This document shows positions 7,807 through 16,912 of a stretch of 64,000 bases of DNA, one piece after another (positions within the stretch are counted from its first letter, which is position 1; every line of letters begins with the position of its first letter). Source of the stretch: an uncultured Acidimicrobiaceae bacterium (GTDB lineage Bacteria; Actinomycetota; Acidimicrobiia; Acidimicrobiales; RAAP-2); assembly GCA_963804255.1 (NCBI GenBank), contig CAWDPK010000006.1, positions 126,559-190,558 of the forward strand, written 5' to 3'. The position numbers and the translations under genes were made by a program. The notes under the pieces were generated by a model. That model made no database searches. It had not been told where the DNA came from and saw only the letters and a program-made list of their open reading frames with translations.

Positions 7807-9636
7807 ATGGCACTTCGCGGCCGTCCGCCTGCCGACCGGTCCCCCAACGGCGCCACGCCTGGCCGCCACCCTGCGGCAAGCGAGTCGGTCACAGCAGTGC
7901 CCGACGGCAAAGCGCTCCCTGCCCACGGCGACCGCTACAAGTGGATCGCCCTCTCCAACACCACCCTCGGTGTCCTCATGGCGGTGCTCAACTCCTCGAT
8001 CATCCTGATCGCGATGCCCAACATCTTCCGAGGCATCGGACTCGACCCGTTGGTACCCGCCAACACCGGCTACCTGTTGTGGATGCTGATGGGCTTCATG
8101 GTGGTGATGGCGGTCCTCGTGGTGAGCCTCGGGCGCCTCGGCGACATGTTCGGCCGGGTGAGGATGTATACCCTCGGCTTCGCCGTCTTCACACTGTTCT
8201 CGATCCTGCTGTCGATCACCTGGATGCACGGGTCCGACGCCGCGCTGTACATGATCATCATGCGGGTAGGCCAGGGCTTTGGGGGCGCGCTGCTCATGGC
8301 CAACTCGGCGGCCATCTTGACCGACGCCTTCCCATTCAATCAGCGCGGCCTCGCCATGGGCATCAACAACGTGGCCATGATCGCCGGTAGCTTCATCGGC
8401 CTCATCCTGGGCGGCCTCCTCGCCCCCCTGCAGTGGCGCCTGGTGTTTTTGGTGTCGGTCCCCTTCGGCCTGTTCGGCACGCTGTGGGCCTATGTGAAGC
8501 TGAAGGACACCGGCATCCGCAGGCGCGCCCGCATCGACTGGTGGGGCAACCTGACCTTCGCCGCCGGATTGGTGGCCATCTTGGTCGGCATCACCTACGG
8601 CATCCAGCCCTACGGCGGCCACACCATGGGCTGGACCAGCCCCTTCGTGCTCGCCATGATCGCCGGCGGGCTCGGCGTGCTCGTCGGCTTCGGGGTCATC
8701 GAGAACAAGGTGTCCGAGCCGATGTTCCGACTCGGGCTCTTTCGCATCCGGGCCTTCGCCGCCGGCAACTTCGCCAACCTGCTGGCCGCGCTGGCGCGGG
8801 GCGGGTTGATGTTCATCCTCATCATCTGGCTGCAGGGCATCTGGCTCCCCGAGCACGGCTACTCCTTCAGCCAGACGCCGCTGTGGGCCGGCATCTACAT
8901 GCTCCCGCTGACGGCCGGCCTCTTGGTCGCCGGACCGGTGTCGGGGATGCTTGCGGACCGCTACGGCGCCCGGCCCTTCGCCACCGCCGGCCTCCTCATC
9001 GCCGGGTTGACCTTTGCCATGTTGGAGGTGCTGCCCGTCGACTTCCCGTTCTGGGCCTTCGCCGCGGTCCTGCTCATGACCGGGTTTGGCATGGGCATGT
9101 TCAGCGCGCCGAACCTGATGGGCATCATGAACAGCCTGCCGGCGGACCAGCGCGGGGTGGGAGCCGGTATGACGATGACCTTCACGTCCTCGGCCCAGGT
9201 GCTCTCCATCGGGGTCTTCTTCACGCTCATGATTCTCGGCCTCGCCTCGAGCCTCCCCGCGGCCCTCTACCACGGGCTCACGGCCCAAGGCGTGGGGGTG
9301 AGGACCGCCGCCAGGGTCTCGCACCTGCCCCCCGTGGGCAGCCTGTTTGCCGCCTTCTTGGGCTACAACCCCGTGCAGCAACTGCTCGGGCCGGCACTCG
9401 GCCACCTACCGCAGCACACCGCCACGTACCTCACCAGCCGGTCGTTCTTCCCCCGGCTTATCTCGTCCCCGTTCGGCAGAGGGCTGAGGGCCGCCTTCGA
9501 CTTCGCCGTCGTCGCCTGCGTGCTCGGTGCCATCGCCTCGGCGTTGCGCGGCGGCAAGTACCACCACGGACAGAACACCCCCGAGCCCGTCGCAGAAGTC
9601 GAGCCGGCGTTGGCCCCGGTGAGCGTGGCGGACTGA
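7807..9636 (+). CDS. MFS transporter, DHA2 (EmrB/QacA-like, 14-TMS) family
   Basis: DRYKWIALSNTTLGVLMAVLNSSIILIAMPNIFRGIGL, LGRLGDMFGRVRMYTLGF and many hydrophobic segments over 609 aa. Confidence 0.9.
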   Translation: MALRGRPPADRSPNGATPGRHPAASESVTAVPDGKALPAHGDRYKWIALSNTTLGVLMAVLNSSIILIAMPNIFRGIGLDPLVPANTGYLLWMLMGFMVVMAVLVVSLGRLGDMFGRVRMYTLGFAVFTLFSILLSITWMHGSDAALYMIIMRVGQGFGGALLMANSAAILTDAFPFNQRGLAMGINNVAMIAGSFIGLILGGLLAPLQWRLVFLVSVPFGLFGTLWAYVKLKDTGIRRRARIDWWGNLTFAAGLVAILVGITYGIQPYGGHTMGWTSPFVLAMIAGGLGVLVGFGVIENKVSEPMFRLGLFRIRAFAAGNFANLLAALARGGLMFILIIWLQGIWLPEHGYSFSQTPLWAGIYMLPLTAGLLVAGPVSGMLADRYGARPFATAGLLIAGLTFAMLEVLPVDFPFWAFAAVLLMTGFGMGMFSAPNLMGIMNSLPADQRGVGAGMTMTFTSSAQVLSIGVFFTLMILGLASSLPAALYHGLTAQGVGVRTAARVSHLPPVGSLFAAFLGYNPVQQLLGPALGHLPQHTATYLTSRSFFPRLISSPFGRGLRAAFDFAVVACVLGAIASALRGGKYHHGQNTPEPVAEVEPALAPVSVAD

Positions 9637-9831
9637 GCCCGATGCCTGCCCCACATCCCCAACATGGTCCTCATCTCCGAGCGCCCCGCCCAGGCGGACG
9701 ATCGGGCAGTTCCGGGCCACTGGGAGGGTGACTTGCTTCTGGGGGCCAAGAAGACCTGCATCGGAACCCTCGTCGAGCGCTCGACCCGCTATGTGCTGTT
9801 GCTGAGGCTCCCCAATGGCACCGCGGAGTAG
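9637..9831 (+). mobile_element. IS30-family transposase fragment (about 60 aa of the DDE domain)
   Basis: Translation IPNMVLISERPAQADDRAVPGHWEGDLLLGAKKTCIGTLVERSTRYVLLLRLPNG matches the IS30 core motif (HWEGDL...TLVER.TRY). It begins immediately after the MFS stop codon. No inverted repeats and no other part of the transposase are present. Confidence 0.75.
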
Positions 9832-9937
9832 AAAGGCTGCGAGAGGTCGTTGCGACGACCCCCTGACGCCGCACATCATCAGCCGCTCTGTTCGATCCGC
9901 CGGTGCCGGTCCGTGTTGCGCGGCGGTGTGGCGCTTC

Positions 9938-11104
9938 TTAGAGGTGGTAAAAGGCTCGGGCGCTGGCTCCGGCTACGACCCGCTGGGTGTCTTTGGGGAG
10001 GGGTGCGAGTGCTTCTTGCAGCTCCTTCACCACTCCGGGGATCTTCGCGTCGGGATGGGGGTAGTCAGACGCCCACAGCACTCGCACAGCGCCGAGATGC
10101 TCGACCGTAAACGGGAGCGCGGCCTCATCGGGATCGAAGCTCACCACGCACTGCCGGGCGAACAACTCGCTCGGCAATGTTTTCTGGTCGCTACTACCGA
10201 AGATCTTGAATTGATGGTCGAAGCGCTCGAGCATCGGGACCATCCACCCACCGGTGCCCTCGAGAAAGGCCACTCGGAGGTCCGGATGACGTTCGCAAAT
10301 ACCGCCAAGTACGAACCACGCCAGCGCCATTTGCAGGTCGATCGCATTCGTGAGGCCTTGCCGCATGGCCAGCCCTGCAGCAGCATTCGTCACACCGGCG
10401 GCGAGCCCGAGCAGCCGGCAGGAGTTCGGCATGTCCGCGTGCGGCGACGGATGCACGCCCACCGGCACGCCCACCTCGGCGACCGCAGCCCAGAACGGGT
10501 CGTAGTCGGGATGGTAGAGCGGCTTGGTGCCCAGATACGGCGCTGGACGGACCATCACCGCCTTCGCGCCGAGCTGGCCGACGCAGCGATGCAGCTCCTC
10601 TCTGGCCGCGTCCAGGTCCTGAACAGGAACCACTGCGACCGGGTACAAGCGGGTGGGAGCCTCGGCGCAGTAGTCGTGGAGCCAGCTGTTGTATGCCCGA
10701 CATGCGGCTCCGAACAGGTCGGCCTCCTCTACCCAAGTCAGCATCGATGTCGGGTAGAGCACCGCAACGTCGATGCCCTCTTCGTCCATGTCGGCGAGGC
10801 GAGCGCGAGGGTCATATCCGCCCGGTAGCTCCAGGTGCATCCGGACCCCCTCCTTCCACGTGTCGGTGGCCGGTGCGGTGGACTGCCAACCGGCTCCCTC
10901 AGCGTCTCCTTCCCCGCTCGCAGCCACTCCCGTACCGATGGTCGAGTCGGGATACGACCGGGAGATCCCGAGTGCCTGTACTCCGCCCCCGGGGCGGTCG
11001 AGCCGGTCCCGGAAAGCCGGTTCCGAATACTCCTTCCAAACGACCGCCGGCTCGATCACATGCCCGTCAGCGTCGATAACCTCGATACCCTCCCAATCAA
11101 CCAT
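9938..11104 (-). CDS. amidohydrolase family protein (Amidohydro_2 / ACMSD-like)
   Basis: VIDADGHVIEP, LYPVAVVPVQD, GAKAVMVRP, VPVGVHPS, HPDLRVAFLEGTGGW, LWASDYPHPD. Confidence 0.9.
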   Translation of the reverse strand: MVDWEGIEVIDADGHVIEPAVVWKEYSEPAFRDRLDRPGGGVQALGISRSYPDSTIGTGVAASGEGDAEGAGWQSTAPATDTWKEGVRMHLELPGGYDPRARLADMDEEGIDVAVLYPTSMLTWVEEADLFGAACRAYNSWLHDYCAEAPTRLYPVAVVPVQDLDAAREELHRCVGQLGAKAVMVRPAPYLGTKPLYHPDYDPFWAAVAEVGVPVGVHPSPHADMPNSCRLLGLAAGVTNAAAGLAMRQGLTNAIDLQMALAWFVLGGICERHPDLRVAFLEGTGGWMVPMLERFDHQFKIFGSSDQKTLPSELFARQCVVSFDPDEAALPFTVEHLGAVRVLWASDYPHPDAKIPGVVKELQEALAPLPKDTQRVVAGASARAFYHL

Positions 11105-11261
11105 TACCCGGCCCTCCCGTCATCACGCGACTCTGCTTAGGTTGAATCCGGCACGGCCCCCGGACACTCCGAGGATAAGGCAGGGCAGCGACGGATGGGG
11201 TTGTGTGGCTGTTGCGCGGTCAGCCCGGAGCACAACGCGGCCATTTCCGGGCCGGCCCGGA

Positions 11262-11640
11262 TCAGAAGATTCTCGGACAACCAACCCGGAACACTCCACG
11301 ACCCTGGACAGACCCGCATAGCGTTGAACGGGCGAGCGATGGACCCGACGAAGGCCTTCCCATGGGTGTCATCGCGGTGGCAGCAGCCGCCGCTCCTGGA
11401 AACGAATGAGCCACTCGATGAACATCGCTTCCGTGTCGATGCAGTCGTGGAACCCGGCTTGCGTAGGCCTCTTTGGAGATCACGTCGGCCTCTGTGATTA
11501 GTCCGATCAGCTTTCCGCCTACGTCAACCACAGGAAGGCTGCTCACCTCGGAGCGCATCAGACGATCGATCACGTCCTTAAACGGCGTGTCGGGCTCCAA
11601 CCGAGACGACATCCGTCATCATGATCTCCCTGATCTTCAC
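11262..11640 (-). pseudogene. CBS-domain protein remnant (1-nt insertion near the 5' end, second CBS motif absent)
   Basis: GGAGG SD, then GTG at 11640 giving VKIREIMMTDVVS. After an extra g in tcGGttggag, the next frame reads LEPDTPFKDVIDRLMRSEVSSLPVVDVGGKLIGLITEADVISKEAYA. No frame downstream encodes a second CBS motif. Confidence 0.6.
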
Positions 11641-11779
11641 CACTCATCGCCTCCACACATAAGACACCCACAGCATCTCGGCTATGCACCGCGTGCAACC
11701 CGAAGGCAAGATCCCGTCGCGGGACGCCTCGGTCGATTTGTATCGGGCCTTCTGGGTGAGGGGCCTCCGGGTGAAGGTG

Positions 11780-12646
11780 TCATTCCGGTCTTCCAAACCC
11801 GACGACGGCCAGGATGAGGAACAGGAAGGCGAAGACGCACACGAGCCCGATCTCCACTGTGAGCGGTAACGTGTAGCCGAACAGGCTCACACCGGTCGAA
11901 AACCGTGCCGCGGCGGCCGGTGGCATGTGCTGCACCGCGAAGACAACATGGCGAAGTGGATCGACCGCATAGGTGAGAGGGTTGACGCGGGTGATGACGG
12001 CCAGCCAGCTCGGCAGGCCCTTCAGCGGAAAGAGTGCCCCGGAGAGAAAGAGCATCGGGAACAGCAACAGCTGCATGACGACCTGGAATCCCTCCATCCG
12101 CTGGATACGGCTGGCGATGAAGACTCCGAACGTCGTCATCGCCACCGCCATGAGCAACTCGAGCCCGATCACCTCCACGACGAGGAGTGCGGTGAGATGT
12201 ACGCCGATGAGTGGGGCGAGCACCAGCATGATCGTGCCTTGGATCGTGGCGATGCTCGCCCCACCCAGGGTCTTGCCGATCACGAGCGCAGCCCGGCTGA
12301 CGGGGGCGACGAGCATCTCGCGCAGAAAGCCGAACTCGCGGTCCCAGACGATCGAGATGGCGGAGAACATCGCCGTCATCACCACCGACATGGCCACGAT
12401 GCCGGGGAACACGAACTTCTTGAAATCGAAGCCGCCTGTCGTCCCCACCAGGGTCGACATCCCGTAGCCGAGGACGAACAGGAACAAGATGGGCTGCATG
12501 AAGCTCGAAAGGATCCGCGTGCGAGTGCGGGCAAAGCGGATGAGCTCACGCTCCCACACCATGCCGATCGTTCGCAGCTCCGAGGTGAGGCTCTCGCGCT
12601 CGTCGACCGGGGCCGGGCGTGTAATGGGCAGGTCCAAGACGGCCAA
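11780..12646 (-). CDS. ABC-2 type transporter permease (DrrB/NodJ-like)
   Basis: Six hydrophobic segments. Motifs: RELIRFARTRTRILSSFMQPILFLFVLGYG, WDREFGFLREMLVAPVSR. Confidence 0.9.
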   Translation of the reverse strand: MAVLDLPITRPAPVDERESLTSELRTIGMVWERELIRFARTRTRILSSFMQPILFLFVLGYGMSTLVGTTGGFDFKKFVFPGIVAMSVVMTAMFSAISIVWDREFGFLREMLVAPVSRAALVIGKTLGGASIATIQGTIMLVLAPLIGVHLTALLVVEVIGLELLMAVAMTTFGVFIASRIQRMEGFQVVMQLLLFPMLFLSGALFPLKGLPSWLAVITRVNPLTYAVDPLRHVVFAVQHMPPAAAARFSTGVSLFGYTLPLTVEIGLVCVFAFLFLILAVVGFGRPE

Positions 12647-12658
12647 CTCAAGTTCCTC

Positions 12659-13754
12659 CTAACGGCGTCTAGCGACCCGGGCCCGCATGCGCATGGGCAT
12701 GCCATGCTCGGCATGGCCCTCGCGGATCTGGCGTCCGGTGAAATGCAAGAACACGTCGTCGAGGGTCGGGCGATGCACATGGACCTTGCTTACCGGCATG
12801 CCGGCGATCTCGATGAGCCGAGCAACTTGGGCTCTCGCCATCCTCGGCGAAGACGACCAGTGCTTCCTCCCCCTTGCTCACTCGGTAACCGGCGTCGGAG
12901 AGGCGCGTTGCGGCCGTGTCGTCGTCCGCCGTGGTGAGCTCGACTGTGTCGGCTCCTACCAGGCGCTTGAGTTCGTCAGGCGTGTCGAGGGCGACGATCG
13001 AACCTTGGTCGATGATGGCGATGCGGTCGGCGTACTCGGCCTCGTCCATGTAATGGGTGGTGAGGAAGATCGTCACCCCCTCCTCCCGGCGGAGCCGGAG
13101 GACGTCCTCCCACATGAGCGCCCGGGTTTGCGGGTCGAGGCCGATCGTTGGCTCGTCAAGAAACAACACGGCCGGGGTGTGCAACATCCCCCGGGCGATC
13201 TCCAGTCGACGGGCCATGCCACCCGAGAATGTGGAGATCAGGTCGCGTCGACGGTCCTCAAGGACTACTAGGCGCAGGACGCGATCGATCCGCTCGTCGA
13301 CCTCGGCGCGGGGGACGTGGTAGAGGACGGCGTGGAAACGCAGATTCTCTTCAGCGGTCAGCTGGTCGTCAAGGGTCTGCTCCTGAAAGACGAGCCCGAT
13401 GTGGCGCCGCACCGCCTTGGGCTGGCGCTGCACGTCGAAGCCGTCCACGATTGCCTTCCCACCTGTCGGCCGGGCGAGGGTGCACAGCATCTTGATCGTG
13501 GTGGTCTTGCCCGCCCCGTTGGGGCCGAGAAAGGCGAAGACCTCGCCGCGAGCGACCGAGAACGACACCTCCTTCACTGCCTCGACCTCGCCGTAGCGCT
13601 TGGAGAGACTAGATACTTCGACGGCGAGATCTGATTGGTCCGCTTTCTTACCCGCTCCCCAAGTGAGCACCTCTGTTCCCGCCATGGCTGGGCCAGCGCT
13701 CATAGCGCCAGCTTGAGCCGACGCCCACGGGCCGCCAAGGGTCGAATGGCCCAA
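12659..13754 (-). CDS. ABC transporter ATP-binding protein (DrrA-like), apparent 1-nt frameshift near 12838
   Basis: Walker A GPNGAGKTT, signature FSGGMARRL, Walker B LFLDEPTIGLD. The conserved C-terminus ARLIEIAGMPVSKVHVHRPTLDDVFLHFTG is in another frame (ORF 12659..12841). The start is ambiguous (TTG 13754, ATG 13703 or ATG 13685). Confidence 0.85.
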
Positions 13755-13846
13755 GAAGTGCCCCCCTCGAAAAGATGAGGCACAGCCTCCTTGGAGACCC
13801 AGCGGCCCATTTGCCCAGGTGAGACGATCTAAAGGAGATCAATCCA

Positions 13847-13984
13847 GTGGCCGAGCGAGCAGATCAGATGATTCGGGAATACGTCCAGGGCGCTCACAAT
13901 TGCCCAGTGTGCGAGCTCCGACTGGGGTGCGGCGTTCAGTTGGCGGCGGCACATAGTGAGGATTCGCGTTCGGCGGATGGTTAG
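13847..13984 (+). CDS. candidate 45-aa small ORF with CPVC motif
   Basis: AAAGGAG SD 8 nt before GTG. Translation VAERADQMIREYVQGAHNCPVCELRLGCGVQLAAAHSEDSRSADG. Below the ORF-track size cutoff, with no family support. Confidence 0.25.
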   Translation: MAERADQMIREYVQGAHNCPVCELRLGCGVQLAAAHSEDSRSADG

Positions 13985-14145
13985 CCGGCCGACCCAACGC
14001 CATCGTTGCGGCCGGGAGATAGAGCGAGCCGACAGCGATGCTGACCCTCGATCTCTGAGCTCGGCGGCCCGGTTCGGTCGCCGATCGCTGATCGCCGTTT
14101 TTCAATCCTCCCGCTACAGTGGGATCGGCCAGAAGAGGAGGCGCC

Positions 14146-14685
14146 ATGTGGGCAATCGTGGGCGTGCTGCTCGGATTGATGGTGCTCGCCTCGGTCGTGG
14201 GATTTCACGTCGGGCCCCACAGTCACCTCGGCGGTGTCGCCCTCGGCGTCGCCGCCGCCGTGTTGCTTGTAGTCATGGCGGCGACCGGGTATTCGTCGTC
14301 GCTCCTCTGGACGCTGTTCGGTGCTGACCTCGTGGTCTCCAGTGGGCTGGCCATGATCGCCTGGAAGGGTCTCACCTCGCAGGGCCGCATCTCGGGCCGA
14401 GGGTCGCGCTCCCTGGCCGGTGCCGAAGGGGTTGCGGTGACAGATCTCACCCCCGACGGAGTCGTGCGGGTTCGCGGGGAGAACTGGTCGGCCACTTCGC
14501 TCAACGGATCGGCAACCGCGGGGAGCCGGGTCCAGGTTGTCGAGGTCGGGGTCCGACTCGGCGTGTGGTGCGAGGAATCGGAGATCGACCGCACCGATGT
14601 GGGATCCGTAGGGCCCACTAAGTCCGCCGCTCGGCTGGAAACCGAGACCGGCGGGACCGAACACAAGCGAGCCGCTCAGTCATGA
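14146..14685 (+). CDS. NfeD family membrane protein
   Basis: GGAGG SD before ATG 14146. Two or three TM segments, then an OB-fold tail GAEGVAVTDLTPDGVVRVRGENWSATS...VQVVEV. The stop overlaps the next ATG (ATGA). Confidence 0.8.
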   Translation: MWAIVGVLLGLMVLASVVGFHVGPHSHLGGVALGVAAAVLLVVMAATGYSSSLLWTLFGADLVVSSGLAMIAWKGLTSQGRISGRGSRSLAGAEGVAVTDLTPDGVVRVRGENWSATSLNGSATAGSRVQVVEVGVRLGVWCEESEIDRTDVGSVGPTKSAARLETETGGTEHKRAAQS

Positions 14686-14897
14686 TCATCGGGATCATCG
14701 TTGGAGTGGTCGTTCTGGCTGCTCTCATCGCGGCGGCGGCATCGGTCAAGATCATCCGGGAGTACCAACGGATTGTCCTGTTCCGGCTGGGCCGCAACGT
14801 CGGGAGCAGGGGTCCTGGCTTGGTGTTCATCAACCCGGTCACCGACCGGACCAACTGGGTCGACCTGCGGGAGCGCTACTTCGAGATCCCCCGGTAG
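14682..14897 (+). pseudogene. SPFH/band-7 (stomatin-like) protein, only the first 71 codons
   Basis: MIIGIIVGVVVLAALIAAAASVKIIREYQRIVLFRLGR..GSRGPGLVFINP is the canonical stomatin N-terminus. The ORF stops after VDLRERYFEIPR and the remaining roughly 200 aa are absent in all frames. Confidence 0.7.
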
Positions 14898-15196
14898 ACG
14901 GCGTCTTCCGACGTCACCCTGCCATGAACCGGGGTTTCGCGTCTCCTGCTGAGCCCGAAAGCCCGCAGGAAACCCCCTAGTTGTTTACCGATGGCCCACC
15001 CGCTCTGCTTCCTTGACGTCCTTGACGTGGCCCTCGCACGACCGCACCCGGATTCGCTTGCCACCGCTAAGCGGTGGTTGCCAACCCACACGACGGGCTC
15101 GGAGCGGTAGGCGGGTGCGCCCACCCCGGCTTGTTGGACCATCCGCCAGCACCAGCCGGGCTCGGAGAACACCGCGTCGGCGTAGTGGTCAGTCAA
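14876..15196 (-). CDS. hypothetical protein; C-terminal half paralogous to the small basic protein at 37980..38161
   Basis: TTG-start ORF overlapping the stop of 15189..15593. The segment GNHRLAVASESGCGRARATSRTSRKQSGWAIGKQLGGFLRAFGLSRRR aligns with DLGNAQAAAKGPGAYGKRMVRRSVYRKTNSGLGSLLRAFGLSGGRRR. Confidence 0.35.
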   Translation of the reverse strand: MTDHYADAVFSEPGWCWRMVQQAGVGAPAYRSEPVVWVGNHRLAVASESGCGRARATSRTSRKQSGWAIGKQLGGFLRAFGLSRRRETPVHGRVTSEDAVYRGISK

Positions 15197-15593
15197 AGAC
15201 GTTCCGGCGCATGAATGTGGTTACCGCTCTGATCACTGCGTGCTCTGTGACGTCATCGAAAGCCAAGAGGCCCTCGAAGCTCGACTCCACGAAGTCCCAT
15301 TGACCATGGCCCGGAAGTTTCACAGTGCTCCCATAGGCGATCTCTACCGCACTCTCGCCGCGCCTTAGGAGGAGCGCAGGCCGTCGGTCTTCATCCCGAA
15401 CGATCGCGAGGATGGCCCCCTCGCCGTCCCTGAAGGTATCGACGAATCCATCAATCTCCACCTCTTCGTCGATGACTGTTAGGCACTCCTGAAGCGCCTT
15501 GACAATGGTTTGGAGTACTTGCGCCCACTGGGCCTGAGGGGATCTGTTCGCGTGACGTACAAGGATTCGGAGATCGTCGAGTGGATCGGTCAT
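15189..15593 (-). CDS. hypothetical protein
   Basis: ATG at 15593 (MTDPLDDLRILV...), acidic, about 134 aa, protein-like composition, in a lower-GC patch. No family recognised. Confidence 0.5.
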   Translation of the reverse strand: MTDPLDDLRILVRHANRSPQAQWAQVLQTIVKALQECLTVIDEEVEIDGFVDTFRDGEGAILAIVRDEDRRPALLLRRGESAVEIAYGSTVKLPGHGQWDFVESSFEGLLAFDDVTEHAVIRAVTTFMRRNVFD

Positions 15594-15905
15594 TGTGGGC
15601 ACCCTTTCGACAGAAGATCGACAGAACTGTAGGGCCGGCCAGCGGCAATTCGAAAGGCCCTAGCCCTAGGCAGGCATCCTGTGATACGAAGGCCATAGCT
15701 CAGGGCCCGAACCGGCCGCAGCGGTGCGCAAGAGCGGCTGTCTGTCAATCAGCCACCACAGTGCGATTCTGGCAAGAATGGGGGCTGATTCGATGGCAGT
15801 CCCCAAGGTGCTGCCGGGATAGGGCGGTCGCGAACAGAACGCCGGATCGAACACGGACCCATCTCGGCAGGGCGCCAGATCGACGGGGCTGTGGAATCGC
15901 TGCTG

Positions 15906-16694
15906 TCAAGTGCGCGGATGCGGGACATGCTTAGTGCCACTCGGCGTCGTGTCGGCCCGGCGGATGTCTTCCACCAGGGCGACGAGCTGATCGTAGTGCG
16001 AACCCTGCCAGTAGATCCGGCCGCAGTCCGGGCACATCTGGAAATCGTCGTAGTCCCGCCGTGTCCGGGGCGGCAGGCGGTTTTCCACCTCCTCCTTCAC
16101 CACGGGTTCGAGAACGCCGTTGCACTCGAGACATCGGCCGAACGGGGCGATGGCCCCGAACAGGTCCAACCGGCGCAGGACCTCGACGACCTGGGCACGG
16201 CGGTTGGTCTCCTGCACGAAGCAACCGTGCGTGACCTTGGCACGCTTCAAGAGGCCACGATCCCTGGTGAGGAGTATCCGCTTCTCGCCCACCGAGATCG
16301 CCGCGAGCTCTTCGTCGCTGATGTCATTTCGCCACAAGGAGTCGAAGCCCAGGAGCCGTAGGGTCCGGGCGAGCCGGCCGAGATGGACGTCGAGGACGAA
16401 CCGTGGTTCGCGCAGCGGTTTCGGACCTAGTCGCACGAGTGGCGACACATCGAGCGCCTCGAACATCGGGTACACGCTCACGCGGTCGCCGTCACCCACC
16501 TGGTGCCCGAAGTCCACGGACTCCCCGTTCACCAGGATCACGTCGATCTCGGTGTGCGGCACCCCGAGGGACTCCGCTAGGTCCTTCACCGTGGTTCCGG
16601 CGGCCACATCGAGCGTGGTCGGCCGGCCACGTCGGTGAAGCGGCAGGAAATCGTTCAATTCAGCGTAGAAACGGACTTCGACGTGGCAGGGCAT
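15906..16694 (-). CDS. Mut7-C RNase domain protein with N-terminal ubiquitin-like domain
   Basis: ATG 16694 (MPCHVEVRFYAELNDFLP). RFVLDVHLGRLARTLRLLGFD, RILLTRDRGLL, and a Zn-ribbon CLECN...CPDCGRIYWQGSHY. Confidence 0.85.
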   Translation of the reverse strand: MPCHVEVRFYAELNDFLPLHRRGRPTTLDVAAGTTVKDLAESLGVPHTEIDVILVNGESVDFGHQVGDGDRVSVYPMFEALDVSPLVRLGPKPLREPRFVLDVHLGRLARTLRLLGFDSLWRNDISDEELAAISVGEKRILLTRDRGLLKRAKVTHGCFVQETNRRAQVVEVLRRLDLFGAIAPFGRCLECNGVLEPVVKEEVENRLPPRTRRDYDDFQMCPDCGRIYWQGSHYDQLVALVEDIRRADTTPSGTKHVPHPRT

Positions 16695-16912
16695 CCGAGC
16701 CGAGCGTAAAGGCCGTGGACAGCTCACTAACCCCGGGCACCGATGATGCGGGATTGATGACGACGTACGGTCGCGTACTGGAGCCCCCTTCTCTCCCTCC
16801 GTGCCCGTTCGCAGTCTCCTCGCCCCCGGGCGCTCGCCAGCTGGTCTGGTGTTCCCACGGGGGCTTCTGCGACGTTACCGGCGTGTAGAGCGCGGGCCTA
16901 GCCTGTTCTGAC

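Noticed and set aside
7798-9405. 535-aa minus-strand ORF
   Set aside because: It is exactly antisense to the well-supported MFS gene and has an H/E/G/D/R-rich composition. It is a shadow ORF.
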